A stretch of 64,000 bases of DNA from contig NIVC01001164.1 of the NCBI GenBank assembly GCA_002269645.1, forward strand, positions 124,001 to 188,000, read 5' to 3'. The DNA comes from Macrostomum lignano (taxonomy: Eukaryota). This document shows, piece after piece, positions 11,401 through 23,820 of this stretch; the first letter of the stretch is position 1; each line of letters opens with the position of its first letter. The position numbers and the translations under genes were made by a program. The notes beneath the pieces are model-generated. The model ran no database searches, had not been told where the DNA came from, and was given only the letters and a program-made list of their open reading frames with translations.

Positions 11401-12313
11401 GGGATCCATCGCAAGACTCTGGGAACCATCGAGGGAGTCTGGGATCCATCTAGAGACTCTGAGATCCATCTAGAGACTCTGGGATCCATCTAGAGAGTCT
11501 GGGATCCATCGCGAGACTCTGGGATCCATCTAGAGAGTCTGGAATCCATCTAGAGACTCTGGGATCTATCTAGAGAGTCTGGGATCCATCTAGAGACTCT
11601 GAGATTCATCTAGAGTCTGGGATTCAGCAAGAGAGCCTGGGATTCATTTTGAGACTTTGGGATCTATATAGAGAGTCTTCTGGGATCTATCTAGAGTGTT
11701 TGGGATCCATCGAGAGACTCTTGGATCCAGCTGGAGACTCTGGAATATGATTTAACACATGTAAATGCCAAATTTATGTTCATTAAACAGACGGAAAGTA
11801 CATCTTAAGCATGAGCTCTTGAGCAAGCACGCACATACATCTCTTGCTCTTTTCTCTCTCCCTCACAAAAACACCGCAGTCTATCATTCCGCTCACGATG
11901 AGGCGGTGTTCCGCGCGTTCACCCGCGACAGCCTGATCATGCTGGACATTGGGCCGGCCGGTAGCGGCTCCGGTCTGGTGACTCTCGACTGGGACTACCC
12001 GGCTGCCTCGCTTCTAGCCGACCTTGGCGGATTGCTCGGCCTGTGGCTCGGGTGCAGCCTGCTGACCATCTTCGAGGCCGTCGACTTGCTGATGGCGCTG
12101 TGCGCGGCCAGCCGGCCGGTCCGCTGGAGCGAACAGCAGCCGGCCGCTGCGCCCGCCATCACGGCCGCCGTACACGCTCCTGCCGGTCCCAACGGCGCTG
12201 GCAATGACACGGCTGTCATCATCGGGCTTGGAGAGCAGGCCCGGGGGAACAGGTCACATCGGCCAGGGGAGCGGCGATGGACCAGGCAGCAACTTAACGG
12301 CTCGGGACGATAA
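8441..12313 (+). CDS. DEG/ENaC (amiloride-sensitive/ASIC-like) sodium channel subunit, ~647 aa; exons 8441-9100, 9948-10797, 11880-12313
   Basis: Pre-TM1 SSLHAVAHV is followed by a hydrophobic TM1 and FPDVYLCP. Exon 2 carries a Cys-rich thumb region. TM2 reads LLADLGGLLGLWLGCSLLTIFE with the GxS filter. GT-AG phases 0 and 1 join in frame (1944 nt). The start codon is less certain than the rest. Confidence 0.9.
9315..9660. repeat. 20-bp minisatellite GAGTGTCATTATCTCTAGAT, degenerating towards 9660, in DEG/ENaC intron 1
   Basis: Direct tandem copies. Confidence 0.9.
10825..11750. repeat. 20-bp minisatellite TCTGGGATCCATCTAGAGAC in DEG/ENaC intron 2
   Basis: Direct tandem copies. Confidence 0.95.
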
Positions 12314-12329
12314 CTGTTCTTGAGGGCCT

Positions 12330-12855
12330 TAGCAACTCAGTGTGATTGATTAGCTTGAATACGGACTTTAGCAACTCCGCGTGATTGATTATAATAACCT
12401 TGGATACGGACCTTAGCAACTCTGTGTGATTGATTATAATTACATTGGATACGGACCTTAGCAACTCCGTGTGATGGATTCTACTCGTAATTACAATGAA
12501 TACGGACCTTAGCAACTCCGTGTGATCGATTACCTTGGATACGGACCTTAGCAACTCCGTGTGATTGATTAAAATTTCATTGGATACGGACCTTAGCAAC
12601 TCCGTGTGATTGATTATAATTACCTTGGATACGGACCTTAGCAACTCCGTGTGATTGATTATAGTTTCATTGGATACGGAGCTTAGCAACTCTGTGTGCT
12701 TGATTATAATTTCATTGGATATGGACTTTAGCATCTCTGTGTGCTTGATTATAATTTCATTGGATATGGACCTTAGCAACTCTGTGTGCTTGATTATAAT
12801 AACCTTGGATACGGACCTCAGCAACTCCGTGTGATCGATTACCTTGGATACGGAC
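12330..12855. repeat. ~40-46-bp minisatellite TTGGATACGGACCTTAGCAACTCCGTGTGATTGATTATAAT just 3' of the DEG/ENaC stop
   Basis: Direct tandem copies of variable length. Confidence 0.92.
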
Positions 12856-13694
12856 CAAGCGTCGAACATTCGGTTGCACATAAGCATATGAAATTGGCCT
12901 TCATTATTTGTTATGCTAGCTGCTAGCTACGACTAAAAATTTAAAGGCCGGTACTCGCAACCATTTTTACTCTAACGAATCTCATGGGTTGAGATTTAGA
13001 TTTCTGTAGCCAAACCCTTTTTGTCATTGTAAATTTATAATACAAAATATTATCAAAGTTTTTAAAGAGAAGAATTTTAGTTTGTAAGTCTGCTAATCAA
13101 TCATATATTTGGATATTCAAGGATATTCCCTGTACAGACACGGTGGCAGAGCAATATGAAAACACGTTTTATTTAGAAAAATATACAAATAAAATATTAA
13201 TTGGAAGTGGCACAAATATCGCTTATGTACACGGGGCCGACTAATAAAGTTAATAATACGAAACTGGCTTAGAGAATTTGGATTTTAATCAATTTCTATC
13301 TCTCATTAGCGCGCATACTGAGTCAATTAGGTAAATCATATTGGCCAGGCAAATTAGACATTACTCTTAGTTGCAAATTGACACAGGAACGAATGAAAAC
13401 ACAATGCCACGATTCTGCATTTACATGCTAATATAGGCTTATAAGCATTATTGAAGTTTCTTAGCTTTAATCAATAGAATACTACTATCTAATTGCCTTA
13501 TGACGGTACTAGCAGTAGAATGTGTGGATTAGACACGATTTTATGCTGTCAATTTACTGAAAAATCGTATTATGTCGCTGGCCTTATACTGACCTTAGGA
13601 AGATAAGTTGTACTGGACTAAAAACTATACTGCGGCTATATACTCGCATGCAGGTGTAAATCTATTGCTTAAATTCAAGTGTTCTATTCACTGA

Positions 13695-14025
13695 AACAGG
13701 TGGGATATCGGCAAAACACATTGGAGAGACATAGGGATATCGAAAACCCGCACTGAGACTGGGAGGATATCGGCAACCCACACTGAGACAGGGGGCATCG
13801 GCAACCCACAGCGAGACTGTAGGAATATCGGCAAAACACATTGGAGAGACATAGGGATATCGAAAACCCGCACTGAGACAGGTGGGATATCGGCAACCCA
13901 CATTGGAGACATAGGGATATCGAAAACCCGCACTGAGACAGGTGGGATATCGGCAACCCTCACTGAGACAGGTGGGCTATCGGCAACCCTCACTGAGACA
14001 GGTGGGATATCAGCAACCCACAGTC
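13695..14025. repeat. ~30-32-bp minisatellite with GGGATATCGGCAACCC core just 3' of the RUFY stop
   Basis: Direct tandem copies with alternating variants. Confidence 0.88.
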
Positions 14026-14038
14026 GGTCACAGACAGG

Positions 14039-17000
14039 CTACTTAGCGGGACCGGATGCATTGGAGTAGCGCTGCAGCAGGCGGGTGTTGCAGGAGTCGC
14101 ACACCCGCTCAGGCTTGGCCGAGCTGGGCAGCGGCAGCCGCTGGTCGGAACAATCGGCGCAGAACACGCCACCGCAGTTCCGACAGTGATGCTTCCGCCT
14201 AGCAACTGAGAATTGCCGGTTGCACTGTTGGCAGCTAGTCACCTGGCGTTCGTCCGTCCACTCGGCCTGCTGTCCGGCCGACTGTCCGGCTACGCCAAGC
14301 GAGTTCTGTTCCGACAGTTCGTTCAGTCTTAGCTTCATCGTGGACAGCTGGCCGGCCATCTCGGCCAGTGCCTGCTCCTGTCCGGCCACGGTCTCGCGCA
14401 GCCGGTCGCGCTCCTCGGCCAGGGCTGCCGTCGCTCCGGGGTCGCCAACGCCGCTGGCGCTACCGCCGCTGAGGACCTCTTTCCGACGGGAGAGGCTCTT
14501 CTCCTCCTCCTGCTGCTGCTGGGCGTCTTTCAGATCATCCTGCAGACTGACCCGCCATTCCCGCTCGATGCGCAGGTCGGCCTCCAAAGCGGAGCGCTGG
14601 GCCTCGGCTTCGGCCACCTGGCGGCCGAGCTTGCGGGCCGCCTCCTCGGCGCCGCTCAGCTGCGACTCGGCCTCGGCGGACGCCTGCAGAATGCCGAGAT
14701 GGACGACGGGTTGTTGACAGTCGGGGTGGTGGGCGTTGAGGAGTTAGATGCCATCCTCTGAGTTCGCTAGAGCAGCTTCTTTAGCTACCCCTCTGAGATC
14801 CTACCCCTGACTACCCTCTCAAATCCTACTCTACCCTCTCAGATCCTACTCTACCCTATCAGATCCTACTCTACCCTATCAGATCCTACTCTACCCTTTC
14901 AGATCCTACTCTACCCTATCAGATCCTACTCTACCCTATCAGATCCTACTCTACCCTATCAGATCCTACTCTACCCTCTCAGATTCTACTCTACCCTATC
15001 AGATCCTACTCTACCCTATCAGATCCTACCCTACCCTATCAGATCCTACTCTACCCTCTCAGATTCTACTCTACCCTATCAGATCCTACTCTACCCTATC
15101 AGATCCTACTCTACCCTCTCAGACTCTACTCTACCCTATCAGATCCTACTCTACCCTCTCAGATCCTACTCTACCCTATCAGATCTTACTCTACCCTCTC
15201 AGATCCTACTCTACCCTATCAGATCCTACTCTACCCTATCACATCCTACTCTACCCTATCAGATCTTACTCTACCCTATCAGATCCTACTCTACCCTATC
15301 AGATCCTACTCTACCCTATCACATCCTACTCTACCCTATCAGATCCTACTCTACCCTATCAGATCCTACTCTACCCTATCAGATCCTACTCTACCCTCTC
15401 AGATCCTACTCTACCCTATCAGATCCTACTCTACCCTATCAGATCCTACTCTACCCTATCAGATCCTACTCTACCCTCTCAGATCCTACTCTACCCTATC
15501 ACATCCTACTCTACCCTATCAGATCCTACTCTACCCTCTCAGATCCTACTCTACCCTATCACATTCTACTCTACCCTATCAGATCCTACTCTACCCTATC
15601 AGATCCTACTCTACCCTATCACATCCTACTTTACCCTATCGGATCCTACCCTACACTCCCAGATCCCATTCTATAAAAACCCTCTAGGCGACAAAAAAAA
15701 CAAATTCCTAACCTGCTCCGCTCGTTGCAGCGCCGCTTGCAGCTCTTCATTTTTAGATTCAAGCCGAGCAACCAGAGTGGTCTTTGATGCCAGCTGGTCT
15801 TCACGTTCGCGCAGCTTAGCTGACAGATCCAGACTGAGCGTCTTGATTTCCTCCAGCTGGCGCCGCAGAGTGACCAGACTGTCCTGCTTGTCATGCACGT
15901 CTCGTTCAAGCAGGCGAACGGCCAGCTCCAGGTCTGTCCGCTCCCGTATCTGTCGCTGCAGTTCGCGTTCAAGTTCGAACCGGTTCTGCGTCTCCTCTTT
16001 TAAGCGACGCTGCAACTCCTGGTAGAGCTGGTCGAGGCCTTTTCGGCTCTCTTCGTGCGTCTGCCGCTCCACGGCCATGTCTGAAACAACGGAGAACGGG
16101 AGAGAGAAAGACGGACTAAATTACGGACTCAAAAACGGACTAAATTACGGACTAAAAAACGGACTAAATTACGGACTCAAAACGGACTCAATTACGGACT
16201 GAAAACAGGATTTTATCACGGACTGAAAACCGGACTAAATCACGGGACTACAGGACTAATTAAGTCACAGGACTAAATTACAGACTTGCAAATTACCTGA
16301 TCGAACGGCTTCTTTCTGCTGTTCGTGCGACGCCTGCAGGCTGGCCTTCTCAGCCTCCAGCCCGGCCACACGCTCCTTGACAGTCGTGAGCTCGGCACGC
16401 AGCGCAGCCGAGGCCTGCCGTTCGTCCAGCAGTTCGCGACAGCTCCGGTCAAGCCGATCCTGCAACGCCTGACGCTGCTGACCGAGTTGGGCGAGCAGCT
16501 CCTCCTGGTAGTTGATCTGGTCCTGCAGGGCGCTGGTCTCTGGACCTGAGGAAGGGCGACAGATTGTATGGATGACACAGCAACTGAGGATCTGGGAGGC
16601 TGACCCAGCAACTGAGGATCCGGGAGGCTGACCCAGGAACTGAGGATCTGGGGGGCTCGCCTAGCAACTGAGGATCTGGGGGGCTGGCCCAGGAACTGAG
16701 GATCTGGGGGCTGGCCTAGCAACTGAGGATCTGGGAGGCTGGCCCAGCAACTGAGGATCTGGGAGGCTGGCCTAGCAACTGAGGATCTGGGAGGCTGGCC
16801 CAGCAACTGAGAATCTGGGAGACTGGCCCAGCAACTGACACTGGGACTCCCTGGGAGGCTGGCCCAGCAACTGAGGATCTGGGAGGCTGGCCCAGCAACT
16901 GAGAATCTGGGAGACTGGCCCAGCAACTGACACTGGGAGGCTGGCCCAGCAACTGAGGATCTGGGAGGCTGACCCAGCAACTGAGAATCTGGGAGACTGG

Positions 17001-18543
17001 CCCAGCAACTGACACTGGGAGGCTGGCCCAGCAACTGAGGATCTGGGAGGCTGGCCCAGCAACTGAGGATCTGGGAGGCTGACCCAGCAACTGAGGATCT
17101 GGGAGGCTGGCCCAGCAACTGAGAATCTGGGAGACTGGCCCAGCAACTGACACTGGGAGGCTGGCCCAGCAACTGAGGATCTGGGAGGCTGGCCCAGCAA
17201 CTGAGGATCTGAGAGGGTGGCTCAGCAACTGATGATCGGAGAGGGTGGCTCAGCAACTGAGGATCTGGGAGGCTGACCCAGCAACTGATGATCTGAGAGG
17301 GTGGCTCAGCAACTGAGGATCTGAGAGGGTGGCTCAGCAACTGAGGATCTGAGAGGGTGGCTCAGCAACTGATGATCGGAGAGGGTGGCTCAGCAACTGA
17401 GGATCTGGGAGGCTGACCCAGCAACTGATGATCTGAGAGGGTGGCTCAGCAACTGAGGATCTGAGAGGGTGGCTCAGCAACTGAGGATCTGAGAGGGTGG
17501 CTCAGCAACTGATGATCGGAGAGGGTGGCTCAGCAACTGAGGATCGGAGAGGGTGGCTCAGCAACTGATGATCGGAGAGGGTGGCTCAGCAACTGAGGAT
17601 CGGAGAGTGTGGCTCAGCAACTGAGGATCTGGGAGGCTGACCCAGCAACTGATGATCTGAGAGGGTGGCTCAGCAACTGAGGATCTGAGAGGGTGGCTCA
17701 GCAACTGAGGATCGGAGAGTGTGGCTCAGCAACTGAGGATCTGGGAGGCTGACCCAGCAACTGATGATCTGAGAGGGTGGCTCAGCAACTGAGGATCTGA
17801 GAGGGTGGCTCAGCAACTGAGGATCTGTGAAGACAGACTCAGCGCCACCCAGAAATAGCCCGAGGCTTACCCTCCTGAGCGGCGGCCGACCCGTCGTCCT
17901 CGAAGCTCTTAGCCATGTACAAGCTGTAGCGAATCTCCCGCAACGGCTGCAGCAGGCTCGGTGCACACCGCTTATAATCGAACGCATAGTCTATCACCCC
18001 CAGGCCGATGAGCAGTCCGCACACAACCTGAGCATCCTCGTGCAGCAGCAGTGCACCAGGCAGGTACAGCTCCCTTAGCCGGGCCTCCTGCATCTGCAGC
18101 AGGGCACGCATGGCCTGGGCCAGGGACTTCCGCATCAGCATCAGGCGGCACCAGGCGCGCAGCCGACCGAGCCCGCTGCCACGGAGGCCGGCCAGCTCCT
18201 GCGCTGTCTGAGTCGCCTCCCTGGCCTCCGGACACACAGCCGGCAACTGTTCAACTGTTGGCCAAGGATTGCACACTCGCTCGTTGAATAATAGGCCGCC
18301 TCTAGAAGGACGGAGTCCGTGGCAGAACACGTGATCTAGCATTGTGAGCAGCTCGGACAGCGCGTCCTCGGACATTGTCCGGCCTCTGGTGACGGCCGAG
18401 TCTAGTACGGATTTCACTGACAGACGCAAAGCGTGGACAATGTTCTGGCGTTGAATCGCCAAGTTGCCAGCGTCTGAGGAAGCTGAAGCTGCGGCGGCTG
18501 CTTCAGGCCCGCTGGCGCTATCGGCAGAGTCCGCCCTCTGCAT
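14039..18543 (-). CDS. RUFY: RUN and FYVE domain-containing protein, ~644 aa; exons 18543-17871, 16545-16297, 16080-15713, 14683-14039
   Basis: Exon 1 has a RUN domain (VFCHGL...GRLRAWCRLMLMRK). LQDQINYQEEL and coiled coils follow. The C-terminal FYVE domain reads WTDE...CQQC...FSVARRKHHCRNCGGVFC. Intron phases 1,1,0 join in frame (1935 nt). Confidence 0.95.
14790..15665. repeat. 20-bp minisatellite AGATCCTACTCTACCCTATC in RUFY intron 3
   Basis: Direct tandem copies. Confidence 0.97.
16110..16280. repeat. 12-13-bp minisatellite ACGGACTAAATT/ACGGACTCAAAA in RUFY intron 2
   Basis: Direct tandem copies. Confidence 0.85.
16578..17827. repeat. 28-bp minisatellite CAGCAACTGAGGATCTGGGAGGCTGGCC (plus GAGAGGGTGGCT variant) in RUFY intron 1
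   Basis: Direct tandem copies; same family as 398-1167 and 59178-62870. Confidence 0.96.
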
Positions 18544-20794
18544 GTGCGGCTGGCTGAGATTGAAATAGTTGAATTTTACCACTAACATTAAGGAATATTT
18601 GTAGTAAAAATAACACAATACCATCGATATTTAATGGTTGCTATAGGTTTTCTATAAAACATCAACCGCTTAGTATGTTAAATAGGATAAAAAGTTTGTA
18701 TTGGGGACTCCTGGGAGCCAGGATAAATGGAATTGGGACCCTACTACTATTAGTATCTAGGCATATATAGGGGTTTATATAGGTCATATAGAAGGATACA
18801 GGGGGTTCATATCTCCAAAAATTGGTATCTCCAAAAATAGATTCTTTTACAACTCCAATACTTCATATTTTCAAAACTTAAATATGAAAGAGATGTATTC
18901 AGACTCAAAGAGATCAATTTTGGAGATATGAAAACACCAAAAAACACACAAAACATGCCTTTATAAGGCATATATTAGGTCTTAAGGTAAATATAGGGCA
19001 CAAATAGAAATGAATTAAATTTTCAAATTGAAATCCCAATTCTATATTTAAACTCAATATATTTCCTATTCTATATCAAAACCATTAGCTTTTAGATATT
19101 TAGATATCTAAGTATTTAGATGGCCAACTATATTTTTATACTATAGTCATCATTTATCCTAATCAAATTAAACAAGATTTTTAGATTTAATTTGCCTATT
19201 GTGCACTATAGCTACCTATAGGCTATAGACTATTAGCAAATTTACTAATGTTAATTTTTAATATAGCCAATATTTACTTTAGTAATAAACTACATATATA
19301 TTGATTTGTATATTTCAACCATAATTAATAATTAGTTGCTTTGGATTTATAATAAATCAATTATTATATTCATAGCCTACTTTTAAATTGACTTATGGCA
19401 AAAAATAATAATAAATGCTTTTAAAGAAAAAAACAATATTAAAAGTCTTTACTCTTTGGTATAAATGAAATCTACATATAACTATAAGTATATATAAAAT
19501 TTGTGTGAATACCAATACAATATGGTATTTTTATGATTTTATGATTATGATTTGATTTTACTATTTATTCAATATCATAAGATTTGTAATTTATAAATGA
19601 AAAAGAATTGATAAAAAATAACACTTCTAATAAATACTATGTTCTTCAATAACTTAACTAGTAAAACATAATAAGTAATAAATAAATATAAAATTCTAGA
19701 ATTAATTGAAATCTTCTTATTGGTAATTCCAAAAAGAAAAAATAAATATAAGAAAGATTTCAAATAGTTTCAACAATTAAATATATGTCTTAATAATATA
19801 GGCATAAGTTTTCAATGCCAATAGTATTCTAGAAAAAATCTTAAAGAAATAATGATATATTATCAATATCATATGATCAAGTAATGCTAAAGGATGAAAA
19901 AAATGAAAACTATTTTTTCATATAAAATAATACCTTTATACAATATATTAAAAATAGACAATCTATACAAATTATACAATAGAAAAATAAAAATAGACTA
20001 GCTATACAATATAAAATGTTGATTTTTCATTTACAAATATAAGAATATGTACACATACTCATATACAGGTGTGAGTCTCAATGAATCCCCAGTAAATCTG
20101 GACCAAGCCATTTGCATTGCCTGCAAATTCGCACAGGTTGATAACATTTTTAGTATATGGATTTAGTATATTTAGATTATAAATTACAAGCATATTATAA
20201 ATGTAACAAAACCAATATTAGGCCTGGACGACATCCACTACTATTAAGGCAAGTAAAAAATATCACAGCTGGCCTGGTGCAAATTTTGTTAAACGTTTAT
20301 TGCCTACTGCCCTTGGGCTTGACCCTATTCTGGATTTCTGGACATCCATATACTAAAAATGGTCTGTCGGTAGGTATCTTATTAACTAATAAGAGTTTAT
20401 TAAGATCTGAATGGTCGTTACTTTAAATAGTTTTACTTTTAAATTAATAAAATTCTTGACCATTCTAAGTTTTTTCATTAAGTGAAGTAACTGATCTATT
20501 TCTTTTCGAAAAAACTATGGTTCAGCAGGGTGCAGATTATCTATTTATCATATTTATTGCACGGGATCGAATTCCATCCAACGGTAGTAGTAGTAGTAGT
20601 AATAAAAAATATCCAACGAACGTATCTTTTAAAAGATTATACTTTGAATTATCGCCTTTACACGAAGCATTTGATTTAAACAATGCAGAAATAATACGTT
20701 AAGGCTTTTTGAAGCGGTATATTTTCATGTAGTGAAAAAGTTCAAACTATAAGGTTACTTAAAAACTTATCTACTTTAACCAAGCTATATGTAT

Positions 20795-20808
20795 GCTTGG
20801 ATAGCAAC
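20795..20808 (+). promoter_or_regulatory. Possible RFX X-box-like site GCTTGGATAGCAAC upstream of the ciliary gene
   Basis: Strong right half-site (ATAGCAAC) and weak left half, ~140 bp upstream of the CIMIP1 ATG. Confidence 0.25.
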
Positions 20809-20949
20809 TAGACAGTGCAGATGCAGAATTTTAATATTTGTTTAATTTACATTTTCAGATTTTATAAGATTCGGTGAGGGTCTTTGAGTCCAAACCCAAG
20901 GACCAAGGTTCGTAGGACGTAGGCTGAGGCTCAAGTTACATAATCTTTA

Positions 20950-22487
20950 ATGGCTGGAAACAAAGAGAAACCGGAGCTACCAGATCATGACTTCACGGCA
21001 AAGGATCGAATCTGGTGAGCTTCCAATCGTGGTTCTTTTTTGCTAACTTTTGCTTTACGCCTTTGACAACTTTAGACAATAAAACGAAGGTAAAAATATT
21101 TTACCCTAAAATACTAAACTTATAACAGAGATTAAGACTGATTTATAAAACTAACTATACTATAAATAGATTTTCAATTGATATCATGCACTTATATATC
21201 TCTTGCAGGAAGGATCATTGCGACAAGGAAAAGAATTTCGCAAGACACTGGCAAGGCACTTGGGGTTTCATGGCCCAGTCCTACGACGAGGTATGTACAG
21301 ATCGTGTCACGTTATTGGCGTAGTGGCTAGGACCCTTAAAAGGGCCGTTTGACGAGAACTGTCGTAAGTCGTTGTTGTCCCAAAATGAATCGAAGTCAAT
21401 TCTTGCAAAATGGATTGTGTAGCGGAGCACTTGGCGTATAAGGGCAGGAAACTGCCGTAGTTAATTTATTGTTGAGATCAATATTAGAACTGGTTAATGT
21501 CAATACAAAACTTATTGCGCTTTGGGACACTGGCGGCTGCAACAAAGGTTTTGAAGGTAATTTAGAATGATGAAGTCGAGTAGCAGACGAAGGATACAAT
21601 GGTGACGTAACGTGGTGGGTGATGGCGATGAGCACAATGGAAGCAGTGAGTAGCAAGTAGACAGGCAGATAAGTAGCGGCGAGAATGGCGTTAGCCGTGG
21701 CAGTACACAGTGGAGTAACGGTGTGTAAACAGGCGGGCCCAGACAGAGGAGCCGTGGCGAGAGATAAGGAGGCTCGAGGCAGCCAGGCGAGAGAAGGAAA
21801 ACGAGACGAAAACAGAAGGGCCGCAACTCGCAAGTGAAGACCCCCCCAGGCCGCCGCCAGGCGGGGGTTAATAAAGGGGCGCAGAAGGTTTAGCATAAAA
21901 CACGGAGAGTTTTCATTGGCTGGCGGGAGAACTTGAAATTATCGATCGTGCTAGATTTTACAGACGAACGCAAGGTTTACCAAATACACAGTGAATTAGC
22001 AATAGCAATTGATACAGATTAGTTGCACGCTACTACAAGTAAACGTTAAAATAAACTATTGGAGAATTTTAAATGAGAAATTGCAAGGGAAACTACAGTC
22101 CAACGGCCCTTTTGCGGGACCTCCTTAACTAGCAACGTCACAGATCGCAAAATCAGTTCAAAACAAAGTAAATTTACTGTTGGATTGAGTTATATTTACT
22201 AAATTGTTCACACCCAGGTGATAAAAGACGAATTGCCAAAGCTTCGCAATCCGGAGCTGCAGAAGCTAAAACAGAATCAACTGAAGCAGCAGCAGACGGA
22301 GAAGTCCTCTGACGACGGCTGCATTCGTGCCCAGCCGTCGCCGAAGCCAGTGCCGCGAACCACTGGTCGAGAGATCGGCTGGCGCTCGGGCGAGCCGTCG
22401 TTGGCGCTGGACAAATACGGCAGGGAGGCCCGGCCTCGCGGCTCTCTGATTCGTCAGTTCAACTGGCCGACCGAGGCGCTGCCCTGA
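20950..22487 (+). CDS. CIMIP1: Ciliary microtubule inner protein CIMIP1/C20orf85 (LLC1) homologue, 138 aa; exons 20950-21014, 21209-21290, 22218-22487
   Basis: The spliced product is MAGNKEKPELPDHDFTAKDRIWKDHCDKEKNFARHWQGTWGFMAQSYDEV...PSPKPVPRTTGREIGWRS...FNWPTE. It matches the D-x-IWK...W...WGF and PSP..P.TT...IGWRS...WP motifs of the family as I recall them. Intron phases are 2 and 0. Confidence 0.82.
21305..22142. mobile_element. 838-bp solo-LTR-like (or short TIR) insertion in CIMIP1 intron 2
   Basis: It begins TGTCACGTT and ends AACGTCACA (TG...CA, 8/9 inverted match). It is flanked by the 5-bp direct repeat GATCG at 21300-21304 and 22143-22147. AAAAGGGCCGTT occurs inverted near both ends. 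Confidence 0.85.
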
Positions 22488-23139
22488 GCACAGAAAAATT
22501 AAAATGGCAGTACCTGTTTTTGTTTACTGCGAGATTTTCAGTCAAAACTGACCGTCAGCGCAATTCGGCGTTTTTTATTCTATTTTTGTTTTTTTACACG
22601 CCGATTAACAGTAATAATAACTTTTACTAAAAATATTCTGCATTCCTTTGCACTGATAGATACTTTGTCGAAGTTTCTTCAGACGAAGCTTCTCATTTTC
22701 GTTATGCTCAAGTCACTTTATTTTTTTAACTTTATTTTATGCCAATTTTCACTGCTTGCCAAGTCAAATTAATATAGGTTGCTTCGCTTTCGCGTATTTT
22801 TCTCACATTTTATGGGCTTTGTTAGAATTTTAACCTACTTTATTAATTCATAATTGTTTTACTAGTTGTGCTTTTTATAAATAAACAACTCAAAGCTGCA
22901 CTGGTCACTTTTACGCACATCAGCACGATAAATTCAATAAATAATTGTGGATTATTTTTATTTTGATTACATTTCAGCTGCTAAATAGACAGTTTCCTGC
23001 AGCAGGCAATGTTGCTCAGAAATAAATACAGATGAAAAAGTTGAGGATGAACAGAAACAGAAACAAGTGAAAGTGAATACTGTACTGAGAGTGCAACTGA
23101 CTTTAGGGCCGGCTGATCTCTGTAGTTCAGGGATTGGTC

Positions 23140-23820
23140 GGGAGATCTGTGCACATCAGGGTTTGGTCAGGTGGACTGTGCACATCAGGGATTGGTCGGG
23201 AGATCTGTGCACATCAGGGGTTGGTCAGGTGTACTGTGCACATCAGGGATTGGTCGGGAGATCTGTGCACATCAGGGGTTGGTCAGGTGGACTGTGCACA
23301 TCAGGGATTGGTCGGGAGATCTGTGCACATCAGGGGTTGGTCAGGTGGACTGTGCACATCAGGGATTGGTCGGGAGATCTGTGCACATCAGGGGTTGGTC
23401 AGGTGGACTGTGTACATCAGGGATTGGTCGGGAGATCTGTGTACATCAGGGATTCGTCAGGTGTACTGTGCACATCAGGGATTGGTCGGGAGATCTGTGC
23501 ACATCAGGGGTTGGTCAGGTGGACTGTGCACATCAGGGATTGGTCGGGAGATCTGTGCACATCAGGGGTTGGTCAGGTGGACTGTGCACATCAGGGATTG
23601 GTCGGGAGATCTGTGTACATCAGGGATTCGTCAGGTGTACTGTGCACATCAGGGATTGGTCGGGAGATCTGTGCACATCAGGGGTTGGTCAGGTGGACTG
23701 TGCACATCAGGGATTGGTCGGGAGATCTGTGCACATCAGGGATTGGTCAGGTGGACTGTGCACATCAGGGATTGGTCGGGAGATCTGTGCACATCAGGGG
23801 CTGGTCAGGTGGACTGTGTA
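23140..23820. repeat. 58-bp dimeric minisatellite (two alternating 29-bp monomers sharing CTGTGCACATCAG)
   Basis: Strict A/B alternation; ORFs show a 58-aa period. Confidence 0.95.

Noticed and set aside
17225-17775. Hammerhead ribozyme core CTGATGA in some RUFY intron units
   Set aside because: There is no downstream GAAA or stem II/III arrangement; the motif is a point variant of CTGAGGA.
20859-20873. 15-nt 5'UTR microexon before CIMIP1 (TTTTCAG...GTGAGG)
   Set aside because: No convincing downstream acceptor was found before the ATG at 20950.
21396-21896. 166-aa minus-strand ORF inside the LTR-like element
   Set aside because: It has a non-ATG start and no gag, pol or transposase motif.
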